Assembly: GCA_031409335.1 (NCBI GenBank)
Contig: JANNWY010000033.1
Location: 8,509 to 72,508, forward strand
From: Chthoniobacteraceae bacterium
GTDB taxonomy: Bacteria; Verrucomicrobiota; Verrucomicrobiia; Chthoniobacterales; Chthoniobacteraceae
Direction: 5' to 3'
Length of the DNA stretch: 64,000 nt
A model generated the notes under the pieces. The model had not been told where the DNA came from, did not search any database, and saw only the letters and a program-made list of their open reading frames with translations. The first letter of the stretch is position 1. Every line of letters starts with the position of its first letter. The position numbers were made by a program, and so were the translations under genes. Shown here one piece after another: positions 38,163 to 47,140 of the stretch.

Positions 38163-38855
38163 GTGCCTATTCCTACCAATGCCAGCATCCTTGTCGCCGA
38201 TGATGAAGCGGATGTGCGAAATTTGATTGGCATCAACCTTGCCAGTGCGGGCTTTCACGTGATCAAGGCAGAGGACGGCGAAAGCGCCTTGAGTAAGGCG
38301 CGGGGTCAGTCGCCAGCCTTGATGGTATTGGACGTGATGATGCCGGACATGTCTGGAATCGAGGTGTGCAAGCTGCTCAAGAGCGATCCCTCAACGTCGG
38401 CCATTTCAATCGTGCTGCTGACGGCGAAAGCCGAGGAAGTGGATCGCATTCTCGGACTGGAACTGGGTGCCGATGACTACGTGACGAAGCCATTCAGTCC
38501 ACGGGAACTCGTGTTGCGGGTGCAATCCATCCTCCGGCGCAAGGAAGTGGGAACCGCCCAGCCTGGATATATGAAGATCGGCGAGATCGCGATTGATCGC
38601 GACCGGCATTTGATCACGGTGTGTGGAAAGCCCGTGGCTCTGACAGTCATCGAATACAAGCTACTCGCAGTCCTCGGTGCGAAGCCAGGACATGTCCATT
38701 CGCGCAATGAGCTGCTCTATCGCGTGTGGGGCTATGACAAGTCGATCGAAACCCGGACGGTGGACACCCATGTGCGGCGGCTGCGTGAAAAGCTCGGCGC
38801 ATCTGCCGATCAGATTCAGACGGTGCGCGGCTTTGGCTACCGCATCGAAGAGTAG
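38163..38855 (+). CDS. OmpR/PhoB-family response regulator (PhoB/PhoP-like)
   Basis: Receiver (DD, LDVMMP, LTAK.EE.DR..GLELGADDY.TKPFS); wHTH TRTVDTHVRRLREKL...TVRGFGY. Confidence 0.93.
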   Translation: MPIPTNASILVADDEADVRNLIGINLASAGFHVIKAEDGESALSKARGQSPALMVLDVMMPDMSGIEVCKLLKSDPSTSAISIVLLTAKAEEVDRILGLELGADDYVTKPFSPRELVLRVQSILRRKEVGTAQPGYMKIGEIAIDRDRHLITVCGKPVALTVIEYKLLAVLGAKPGHVHSRNELLYRVWGYDKSIETRTVDTHVRRLREKLGASADQIQTVRGFGYRIEE

Positions 38856-38866
38856 GTCGGATCGAC

Positions 38867-39406
38867 TTAGAAAAAACTGCGCCCGTGGTAGAGCATCAGA
38901 GCGCCGTAGGTGACGCCGACGATGAGCACAAAGTAAGTCATCGCGAGTCCCGCGATCGCCATCCAGCGGCCCGAGAGCGCGGCATTTCTATCGAGCTGCA
39001 CGAGCGCGAGGTGGCCGAGGATTAGGGCAAAAATCCACGAGACGAAATTGAGGTACGGGATGAAGCCGCACAGGCCGACGATCAGCGCAGCGATCGCGAG
39101 GCCGCTCGTGCGGGTGATCGCGGTCAGCTCGAAGATCGGCGAATCCTCACTGGCGATGGCGGCGTCCGGCACCAGGTTTTCCCGGCTTTTCGGAATGGGC
39201 TCGGGCGCTTCGATCGGCGGCGGCGGCGGTTCGGAATCCAGTTCGGTGAAATCATCCAGCAATTTCCAGCGCCCGTTCACCTGCACCTGATGCAGCCTGC
39301 TGATCTCCCCGGCGTCCAGCCGGTCGCGGATTTCATCGAGGGAAAACGGACCCGACTCCGTGCCTTTCCAGCGCAGCAGAAACGTCGAAGCGGCAGGCGA
39401 ACTCAT
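38867..39406 (-). CDS. GYF_2 (DUF4339) + DUF4190 membrane protein
   Basis: GPFSLDEI...G.I...W; TSGLAIAALIVG...GHLAL..L....GRWMAIAGL. ATGA-coupled to the upstream gene. Confidence 0.8.
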   Translation of the reverse strand: MSSPAASTFLLRWKGTESGPFSLDEIRDRLDAGEISRLHQVQVNGRWKLLDDFTELDSEPPPPPIEAPEPIPKSRENLVPDAAIASEDSPIFELTAITRTSGLAIAALIVGLCGFIPYLNFVSWIFALILGHLALVQLDRNAALSGRWMAIAGLAMTYFVLIVGVTYGALMLYHGRSFF

Positions 39407-42402
39407 GGCGCGGAAAAGAACGGGATGTCCGGCGTGAGCGGCTTCACGCCGAGCTTTTGCGCGGACTCGGCAAGCAAGGCCTGACGGTCCAACGGCACGT
39501 GAAAGACCGGCGAATACCTCGCGCAATTCCCCGCATCCCGATCGCAACGAACGAGCCCGCCGCCACTCGCGCTCAGCGCCCAGAACGCCCCGGACGCGGC
39601 GGCTTCGCCGAGAATGCGCGCCTTTCCATCGCCGTCGATGAAGCCGCCAAACTGAATCCCAGCCTTGAGCACCGTCCGCACGATCTCGCGATGCATCCGC
39701 GCTTCCGCGAGGTAGGAGCGGTTTTGCAGCTCGATGAAAATGGGCGTGAGCTTCGCGGAAAATTGCGCGCGCTTGCGATCGAGCAGCCAGTCCATGCCGC
39801 GCAGAGTTTCCCCGCCGCACAGCTCATCGAGCCGCGCCAAATCGCGCGACAATCGCGGGCAATGGTGCAGTCCCCACGCCAGCGGGCGTTCCCGCAAGAG
39901 CGCGGCGAGCTGCTGCATGAGGCAGGCTTTGAAGAGCGGATTCGCCGCTTTGTCATGCACGAGATCGTCGAAGACGCGGAGCAGCGGACGCTCGAATCGT
40001 TCGCCATTCCCGTCCGTCATCCGGTTGAGTTCGAGCCGGGCAAGACATTGCGAAACCGCGCTGGGATGGCTGTCGATGACTGCGCCCGAGCCGCCGATTC
40101 CGAACGACGATTTTTGCGAAGTGAGCGTGAGCGGCACGAATGCCGCCAGGTCGCCTTTCAGCGACGGATCGAAAACCGCACCCGTCCACGTCGTCACCTG
40201 CGATGAACTGACATCGCGCGGGCCGTCCTTGCGCATTTCTCCACGGGAATACACGGCGCGGCGCTCGTTCTTGCGCAGGTGATCGACGATCGTCAGCTCC
40301 CAGATGTCGTTCAGATAATTGTCGTCGCGCACCGCGAGAAGTTTTCCGATTTCAGACGGCTTCACATCCTCCGGCATGAATCCATCGCCAGCCGGCGCAG
40401 CCTTCGCCGCGGCCCATCCCTCGGCATCGCCCGGCATCAGCAGTTGCGCGGCGATGTCGTCGGGATTTGGAAACGCGGCGAGCATCTTGCGCGCGGCGTT
40501 CACGGCGGGGAGATGGGTGAGCTTCGATTCCTTGAACGCGGCGAGCCCCGTCTGAAATTCGCCGAGCGTGCCAGCGCGGAGCAGTGCCTCGTGCGTGCTG
40601 CGCATGAGGGAAAGTTCGCCGTCGAAAAGTTCGACCCGCTGCCGGAGCGCGACCATCCGCGTTTCCAGCGGCGCGGGCAGCGCGAGCGCGGCGAGGGTCG
40701 ATTGCGCGCGTGTTTCCAGGGTTTTCAGGCGCGGCGCCATTTCATCAAGCGCCGCGGCCAGCGTTTGCCGCGATTGATCGTAGCCGAGTTTTTCGACCGC
40801 GGCACTTTCCAGCGCGGCGATTTCCCGCTCCGCATCGCGCGTCAGCGATTCACGGGCGGAGGCGAGGAAAGTCGCGAACTGGTCGCGCAGCGCCGCGATC
40901 CGGCGGGCCGGGTCCGCGCGCGCTTCCGCCGCAAGTTCACCGATGCCGCGCCCGGTGGTTTCGATCTGGGAGTGGAGCGCGCCGGGGTCCGCGTCCGCGA
41001 AATTTCCGGCGGCGCTGCGCTCGAGCGCGGCCAGCGTTCCCGCGATGCGTTCCAGACGATCGCGTTCGATGCCGACCCACTTCGCCACTTCATCGAGGCG
41101 CGCGCGCAGGGCCGCTTGCTCCGCCAGCCCGGCGTGCGAAGTGCGCAGCTTTTCGATCAATCCCTCCGCCGCCTCGATCTGCCCTGAAGTCTGAAAATCA
41201 ACGAGCTGCCGCGCGTAGCTGCGCGCGGAAAAGGCCCGCACGGCGAACCACGCCGTGACGACCATCACGAGCAGCGCGAGCGCCACGCCCGCGCCGTGCC
41301 GCAGCCGGCGCTGCCGCTGGAGGCGGGAAACCTGCGCGTTCAACGCCGCTGCCGCGGCGCGCACGCGCTCGCTCAATTCCTCCGGCACTTTCCGCGGGTG
41401 GCTTTCGACATTGCGCCAGCGGCGCGCAAATTCAGCGCACAGCGAATCCGCTTCCGGCAGCGTGAGCGCGGGCGGTGTCGCGAGCCGCATCCCGACTTCA
41501 TCCGCCAGCGCCGCCGCGTCGCGCGCGGCGTCTTGAAATCGCGCCTCTTCCGCGGCGGCGGCGCTCTCCTTTTCAAAGTACGGTCGGACTTCCTCGATGA
41601 GCACCGCGGATTTCTGCGAGATCGCAAATCCGTGCTCCTCCTGCAAAGTCCGCACGCGCGCGAGCAGTTCGCCGACCATCCGCCAGGCACCGGCCGCGCG
41701 CTCCTCCGCGAGTGCATCCACGAGTCGGTCCGCGAGCGCGATTGCTTCCGCGCGCGCTGCCAGGCGGCGCACTTCCGCGGCCTGCGTGAACTCGGCGCAC
41801 TCAGCAAGTTTTGCCGGAGTCGCCAGCCGTTCGAGTTCAGAAAGCTCCGCGAGGATCGCCTCCTGCCCGCGGCTCGCGAGCGCCGCCCGCAGCGATTGCA
41901 GCCGCAGTTGGAACAGCTTGTTTTCCAGCCGCACCAATTCCGCCCGCGCATTCGCATCCTGCGCATTCAGCCGCACGATGGAGCGCACGATCCGGATCGC
42001 GCGCCCATCATCGCGCGAACTCACCGCCGCGCGGTAGTCGCGGTAAAGCGGATGATCCGTCCGAATGCCTTTCGCGTAGAGCGCATCGAGCGCCTGCACC
42101 GCGCGGGAGTCGAAACGCACCGGTGCCGCCAGGCCGTGCTGCGCGCAGAATGCCGCCCACGCCGGAGCCTCGGCAAAGCTCAGCAGGCCGAGCAAATCCA
42201 GCAGCACCGGCTCCGTCTCGGCGAGCTGGAGCGCCTGATATTCACTGCCTTTCTCGATCATCACGGCGCACGATTCGAGGCGCGCATTCGCTTCGTGAGC
42301 GAGCCGCGCGTATTCCACCGCGAGACTTTCCGCGGACGCGCTGCCACCGCGCGCCGCAAGCGCGTCACGGATTTGTTTGATGAGTTTCGTGACCTGCCAC
42401 AT
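39403..42402 (-). CDS. Large alpha-helical single-TM hypothetical protein (999 aa)
   Basis: Long ORF with TM segment GAGVALALLVMVVTAWFAV; operon spacing with both neighbours. Confidence 0.75.
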   Translation of the reverse strand: MWQVTKLIKQIRDALAARGGSASAESLAVEYARLAHEANARLESCAVMIEKGSEYQALQLAETEPVLLDLLGLLSFAEAPAWAAFCAQHGLAAPVRFDSRAVQALDALYAKGIRTDHPLYRDYRAAVSSRDDGRAIRIVRSIVRLNAQDANARAELVRLENKLFQLRLQSLRAALASRGQEAILAELSELERLATPAKLAECAEFTQAAEVRRLAARAEAIALADRLVDALAEERAAGAWRMVGELLARVRTLQEEHGFAISQKSAVLIEEVRPYFEKESAAAAEEARFQDAARDAAALADEVGMRLATPPALTLPEADSLCAEFARRWRNVESHPRKVPEELSERVRAAAAALNAQVSRLQRQRRLRHGAGVALALLVMVVTAWFAVRAFSARSYARQLVDFQTSGQIEAAEGLIEKLRTSHAGLAEQAALRARLDEVAKWVGIERDRLERIAGTLAALERSAAGNFADADPGALHSQIETTGRGIGELAAEARADPARRIAALRDQFATFLASARESLTRDAEREIAALESAAVEKLGYDQSRQTLAAALDEMAPRLKTLETRAQSTLAALALPAPLETRMVALRQRVELFDGELSLMRSTHEALLRAGTLGEFQTGLAAFKESKLTHLPAVNAARKMLAAFPNPDDIAAQLLMPGDAEGWAAAKAAPAGDGFMPEDVKPSEIGKLLAVRDDNYLNDIWELTIVDHLRKNERRAVYSRGEMRKDGPRDVSSSQVTTWTGAVFDPSLKGDLAAFVPLTLTSQKSSFGIGGSGAVIDSHPSAVSQCLARLELNRMTDGNGERFERPLLRVFDDLVHDKAANPLFKACLMQQLAALLRERPLAWGLHHCPRLSRDLARLDELCGGETLRGMDWLLDRKRAQFSAKLTPIFIELQNRSYLAEARMHREIVRTVLKAGIQFGGFIDGDGKARILGEAAASGAFWALSASGGGLVRCDRDAGNCARYSPVFHVPLDRQALLAESAQKLGVKPLTPDIPFFSAP

Positions 42403-42410
42403 CGCGTCGG

Positions 42411-44609
42411 TCAGTGGTTGATTTCGATTTCCACCAAGGGAATTTCAATCTCACCCGCCATGACGAAAAGCCGGTAAACTCCTGGCGGCACTTTCTCCGC
42501 GAGCAGCGGATGCGCGTTGAGGCGGCGGGCTTCCTCCCGCTTCGCCGCGAGTTGCGTGGCGAGTTTCGCGAGGTCGTTTTTTGACTCGGGGATTTCTGGT
42601 GAAAGCAGCGTGATCATCGCCGCCAGCGTGCGCAGCCCGCTTTGGTAGCGGCCGATCTCTTCGGAAGTCACGAGGCCGCGAATTGCCGCCTGCACCTCGC
42701 GCAGTGCAGCGCGGCATGACTTCTCCACATCTTTCGGAGCCGCGGTCGCCTTGAGAAATGCGAGCTCCGCGCCAGCGGTGAAGAGCGGGTCGCGGCGTTG
42801 AAATGCGGCTTCCTGGCAGAAGGCCTTGATGCATCCGCCAGCCTGCGAAAAGAGCGCCGCCGTCTCGTCACCGAAATCCGCCCGCGCCTGCGCCAGCCGT
42901 TGCATCCGCCGTGTTTCGATTTCCTTGAGCGACGGCTCGCGTTTCACGACATCGCCGAACTTTTTTTCCACCCGCTTGCGCTCGACCACCGTCCATTCGG
43001 CGATATCACGGTTGATCCCGTCGGCGATCAGTTTTTTGAGTTCCTGGAACCGCGCGCTGGCATCGCCTCCGTTCGGAGATGCGCCTGCCGGTGTGAGGGT
43101 CTTGATCTGGCGCTCCGTTTCTTTTGCCGCGCGGGTGATTCCCGCGATGAGCGGTTCGAGATCCACGGCCCAATCCGCTACGGTCAGCGATTCCAGCCGG
43201 TTCCCCGCGATCGCGCTTCCGGCGGGAAGGCGCAGCGTCATGCGGCTGGTGGGAACGCCAGGCAGGCCCAGTTTTTCCGGGTCCAGCGAGAGTGAATTGC
43301 CGGACCGGCTCAGGCCGCCGGTTGCTTTCGGAAGCAGCGGTTTTTCCGTTTCATTGGCGACCCAAACTTGCAGCGCTTCCTGGCCGCCGACATTCCTGAC
43401 AATCAGCATGAGCGGCCTTGCGAGGCTGTCTGCTGCACGTTCGGGCGTGATTAGTTTCGCGGGTTCATTGATCGCAAACAGCACCGGGTCGTTGATCTGC
43501 CGGCGCAGTTTTCCCTGATTCGTCGGATCGATCAGCGGCACCGGAACCGCGCCGGCGGACGTTCGCAGTTGGAAAGTGCCGCCACGCCCCAGCTCCTGAA
43601 AGCGCGCGTCGTGCAATGCGGATAGCTCGGTGAAAAAATAGAGCGGGATGGCTGGGCGTTTCGCGGCAGCCGTCGGAACTGGCGCGGGCGGCGCGCGTTC
43701 TCCGCGCGATTTCGCGAGCGTGGCGCTGGCGTGTTTGAGCAGCCACTCGGGCCACGTATCGCGGGCATCCCGCAGCTTGATCGCGAGATCTTCCGCCACG
43801 CGATCGGTCGGCGCTTTTCGGACAAAGCTCCAGTCCTGCATCAGCTTTTCAGCCTCGCGATGGGTCTTCGCCGCGATCGCGTCGGCGGGCTTGCCACGCG
43901 CCAGACGTTCTTCCACGAGCACGCCTTCGGCGGGTGGCAAATGCTGGCTGGGCGATCCGCGCGGATGCAGCAGCGCGAGCAGCGCGGCGGCCTCCGCGCG
44001 TTCGTGGCTCTTCCGCAATTCATCGTGCGCGGGCGAGAATGCCCGGATCGCCTGCGTCTCTTTCGCGAAAGTTTCGATCGCAACGATCTGGCGCTGGAGG
44101 GCGTCAAAGGCGGGGCGCTCGGGCTGCGTCGCGGCGGCCGCCCGCTCGAGCGCCGCGTCGAGCGCCGCGACCTCATGAACGCGGGTCGCAAAACTTTGCA
44201 ACTCGACCGGGACTTCAATGGCAAAGTCGTCGCCCATTTGTTTGAGCGCATCGCCGCTTTTGGTGTCGCGCATTTTCTCAAAACTCACCTCCTTCAAAGC
44301 TGCCGAGGCCTTTTCGATTTCACTCACGATCTGGTCAGCCGGCGCCAGTTTTTCCGCGCTCAATCGCGCAACAAATTCGGCGGTCTGCGGACTAAAAATG
44401 CGGCACGCGACGATCCGCTTTTGCAATTGTCCGCGCCGCTCCCGCAGGTTGCCGTCGCCAGTGATGAGCGGTCGAATCACTGCCACCGAGATCAAGCCGA
44501 GCAGCAGGGCGGCGGCGCCCGCGATAATCCACACGCGGTTGACGCGCGGTCTTGCGGAAGGGCGCGCGACCGATTTCGGCGGCGCGGCGCGGAAGGAGCG
44601 CACTTCCAT
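42411..44609 (-). CDS. Membrane-anchored hypothetical protein; probable C-terminal part of a frameshifted GAP1-N2 gene
   Basis: TM segment VWIIAGAAALLLGLISVAVI near its start; overlaps the upstream ORF in another frame. Confidence 0.6.
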   Translation of the reverse strand: MEVRSFRAAPPKSVARPSARPRVNRVWIIAGAAALLLGLISVAVIRPLITGDGNLRERRGQLQKRIVACRIFSPQTAEFVARLSAEKLAPADQIVSEIEKASAALKEVSFEKMRDTKSGDALKQMGDDFAIEVPVELQSFATRVHEVAALDAALERAAAATQPERPAFDALQRQIVAIETFAKETQAIRAFSPAHDELRKSHERAEAAALLALLHPRGSPSQHLPPAEGVLVEERLARGKPADAIAAKTHREAEKLMQDWSFVRKAPTDRVAEDLAIKLRDARDTWPEWLLKHASATLAKSRGERAPPAPVPTAAAKRPAIPLYFFTELSALHDARFQELGRGGTFQLRTSAGAVPVPLIDPTNQGKLRRQINDPVLFAINEPAKLITPERAADSLARPLMLIVRNVGGQEALQVWVANETEKPLLPKATGGLSRSGNSLSLDPEKLGLPGVPTSRMTLRLPAGSAIAGNRLESLTVADWAVDLEPLIAGITRAAKETERQIKTLTPAGASPNGGDASARFQELKKLIADGINRDIAEWTVVERKRVEKKFGDVVKREPSLKEIETRRMQRLAQARADFGDETAALFSQAGGCIKAFCQEAAFQRRDPLFTAGAELAFLKATAAPKDVEKSCRAALREVQAAIRGLVTSEEIGRYQSGLRTLAAMITLLSPEIPESKNDLAKLATQLAAKREEARRLNAHPLLAEKVPPGVYRLFVMAGEIEIPLVEIEINH

Positions 44610-45444
44610 GGCTCGCCTCGCGCGGAGTTGCGGGCGCATTCCCGCTCGTGATCGCGGATGGCCGCGGCAGGGATGCGATCGCCGCATTCGCGGGGACATT
44701 CGGTTCCGGCAAAAGATCGGGCCGACCCAGATCGAGCACGGGTCTTCCCGAAGTCTCCGCCTGCGCACGCAGCGCAGAATCTGCCTCCACACCGATCCAG
44801 CGAAAGTCAGACGATTCGTCGCTGGGCTGGAGCGCCGTGGTGAACGGGATTTGCCAGAGGCGATCGGGAATGAGCCGGAGCGACTCCGCGAAAAGTCCGC
44901 GCGCGTCGATTTCCGCCGGGTAAAAAAGATACGCGCCGCGACTCGCCTCGCCGTTTGCGAGCAACCACGCATTTCGCGCATCCGCAGTCGCCTGCACCCA
45001 TTGCCCCGTGTCCGTCGCGCTGAAGGTTTCGAGCGCGATTTCGTCCGCCGTTTCGAGAAAGCGCGGCGCGTCACTCCACGACTCGATCCACGACATGCCG
45101 AGCAGCACATCCGCCGGAGACGGCGCGCGGCGGCCGAGCGCCGCGAGTTCGCGCGGGTCCACGATGAGGTGATGCGCGAGGTGATTGGTGCGTCCCGTGT
45201 AGTCCGCGCCAGCATCGCGAATGCAACTCAGCACATGGAAACGCCCGCCCGCCACGGCCACGATGCGATGGCAGAAGATGACGCGCGCCGCATCGTGTCC
45301 GGGCAGCCGCGCGAACTGGCTCGCACGCTCGATCGCCGACACCAGCAGCGGGCTGATCTGCCGATGACGCGCGACGGTGCCGAAGCCGGAGCGGCCCGCT
45401 TCGAGCAGCCGCGGCGCGCTGGTATAGATGAGCTGCCAGGCCAT
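44392..45444 (-). CDS. GAP1-N2 domain protein (N-terminal part)
   Basis: MAWQLIYTSAPRLL..GRSGFGTVA...HVLS.I...GADYTGRTNHLAHHL and WQIPFTT. Confidence 0.75.
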   Translation of the reverse strand: MAWQLIYTSAPRLLEAGRSGFGTVARHRQISPLLVSAIERASQFARLPGHDAARVIFCHRIVAVAGGRFHVLSCIRDAGADYTGRTNHLAHHLIVDPRELAALGRRAPSPADVLLGMSWIESWSDAPRFLETADEIALETFSATDTGQWVQATADARNAWLLANGEASRGAYLFYPAEIDARGLFAESLRLIPDRLWQIPFTTALQPSDESSDFRWIGVEADSALRAQAETSGRPVLDLGRPDLLPEPNVPANAAIASLPRPSAITSGNAPATPREASHGSALLPRRAAEIGRAPFRKTARQPRVDYRGRRRPAARLDLGGSDSTAHHWRRQPAGAARTIAKADRRVPHF

Positions 45445-45754
45445 GTTTTCAGCCTCCGCCGGGCATGAGGACCGTGGGCGGCGCGACCCGGGTGAGCGTC
45501 CCGAGCGCTGGCGTTTTGACATGCCGCGGATCCGGCTCGCTCATTTTCACGGCGCACGATTCGGTGAAGATGAATTTGGGAGAGGGAAAATCCACGATGC
45601 TGAGATTGGACAATGCGACGATTCAAGCCAAGCGACCGATTCAATACGACCATTCAATCGCCCAAATCACCAAATCTCTTCCGGGGTTCACGCGCCCGCT
45701 GACAGGGAACCGGGTTGACGGATCGCGCTCGCTCAACTACCAACTCAGCGTTCA

Positions 45755-45862
45755 ATGAAACATTACGTCACCACCACCAAACGAACGCTCGCGCGCATTT
45801 GCCCGATGCAGCTTCGTTTTGTCGTCTGGGCCAAGGCCCGGAGCGGTGGACTGAGATTCTGA
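45755..45862 (+). CDS. Putative attenuator leader peptide (35 aa)
   Basis: MKHYVTTTKRTLARICPMQLRFVVWAKARSGGLRF, ending 27 nt before a terminator and containing a complementary antiterminator segment. Confidence 0.55.
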   Translation: MKHYVTTTKRTLARICPMQLRFVVWAKARSGGLRF

Positions 45863-45888
45863 TTTCCCAAAAATCTTTCCTCAACAAA

Positions 45889-45922
45889 CCCACCGCTGAC
45901 CAACGGCGGTGGGATTTTTTTT
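45889..45922 (+). terminator. Attenuator terminator hairpin
   Basis: CCCACCGCTG-accaa-CGGCGGTGGG-A-T8. AGCGGTGG at 45842-45849 can pair with its 5' arm. Confidence 0.8.
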
Positions 45923-45958
45923 CCCGTCATTGGTCTCGGTAAATCCAAACCGAACCAC

Positions 45959-46135
45959 ATGAAACCATACGACAACACCGCGCCGCCCGCCGATCCCGAC
46001 GATCCGCATGCCATCACCTTGCTGAGCAATCTCTATCTCGAGATCGGCCTGCCGCTCGAAGCCGCCGTGCAATCGGCCATCGCTGATTTGGAAGCCATGT
46101 CGGACGAGGAAACCGCCGATCTTTGCACGACATGA
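45959..46135 (+). CDS. Small acidic hypothetical protein (58 aa; absent from the ORF track)
   Basis: MKPYDNTAPP...LLSNLYLEIGLPLEAAVQSAIADL; ATGA overlap with the EamA start. Confidence 0.6.
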   Translation: MKPYDNTAPPADPDDPHAITLLSNLYLEIGLPLEAAVQSAIADLEAMSDEETADLCTT

Positions 46136-47097
46136 GCGCCCGCGGCCATGAAACTCCGCCCGCGACCGCGACCGTCCGAACAACCGCGAAACCGCCGCTC
46201 TGGCTCGTGATCGCCGCGTTCGTGGCCGTCTATGTTTTGTGGGGTTCCACGTATCTCGGCATCCGTGTCGCGATCGAATCCATCCCGCCCATGCTGATGG
46301 CAGGCACGCGGTTTTTCATCGCGGGCATTCTCCTCTACGGCTTCATGAGAATGAGCGGCGCACCGCGTCCGCGCGCGATTCATTGGCGGAATGCCGCGAT
46401 CGTCGGCGCGCTGCTGCTGCTCATCGGCAATGGCGGCCTCACCTGGGCGGAACTCACGGTGCCCTCAAACATCGCCGCGCTGATCATCGCGAGCACACCC
46501 CTTTGGATGATCCTCTTTGACTGGCTCCGACCTGGCGGACATCGTCCCCACGCCTCCGTGTTTGCCGGACTTCTGCTCGGCTTCGCAGGAGTCGGCCTCA
46601 TCATCGCGAGCAAGGATCAGCACGGCCACAGCGTCGCCGAACCGCTCGGGGCATTCGTGCTGCTCGTCGCCGCGCTCTGCTGGGCCGCCGGCTCCGTGTT
46701 CTCGCGCCACGCCGCGCAATCCGAGTCCGCACTGCTCGCCGTCGCGATGCAGATGATCACCGGTGGCGCGCTGCTCCTCCTCGCCGGATTTGTCCTCGGA
46801 GAAATCCACGACTTCAATCTCGAAACCATCACGACCCGTTCGCGCATCGCGTTCTTTTATCTCCTGATTTGCGGCTCGCTCATTGGCTTCACCGCCTACG
46901 TTTGGCTGCTTCAGGTCAGCACCCCGGCGCGCGTCTCGACCTATGCTTTTGTAAATCCGCTCATCGCAGTCATCCTCGGACGCATCTTCCTCCGCGAGAC
47001 GCTGCCTGGCAGCGTCCTCGTCGCCGGGGCATTGATCGTCACGGCGGTCGTGCTGATCACGCTTCGCAGTGGCGTCCGGCATTCCCATCGAAAATGA
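46132..47097 (+). CDS. EamA/DMT family transporter (YedA-like)
   Basis: VYVLWGSTYLGIR, ten hydrophobic segments, STYAFVNPLIAV.LG. Confidence 0.92.
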   Translation: MSARGHETPPATATVRTTAKPPLWLVIAAFVAVYVLWGSTYLGIRVAIESIPPMLMAGTRFFIAGILLYGFMRMSGAPRPRAIHWRNAAIVGALLLLIGNGGLTWAELTVPSNIAALIIASTPLWMILFDWLRPGGHRPHASVFAGLLLGFAGVGLIIASKDQHGHSVAEPLGAFVLLVAALCWAAGSVFSRHAAQSESALLAVAMQMITGGALLLLAGFVLGEIHDFNLETITTRSRIAFFYLLICGSLIGFTAYVWLLQVSTPARVSTYAFVNPLIAVILGRIFLRETLPGSVLVAGALIVTAVVLITLRSGVRHSHRK

Positions 47098-47140
47098 CGC
47101 TCGATTCGCGGCTGAACGCTCATAACGTCGCGTCGCCGAT

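Noticed and set aside
44610..45215. N-terminal 200 aa of the 934-aa ORF as real coding sequence
   Set aside because: Arg/Ser-rich shadow frame overlapping the recognisable GAP1-N2 frame.
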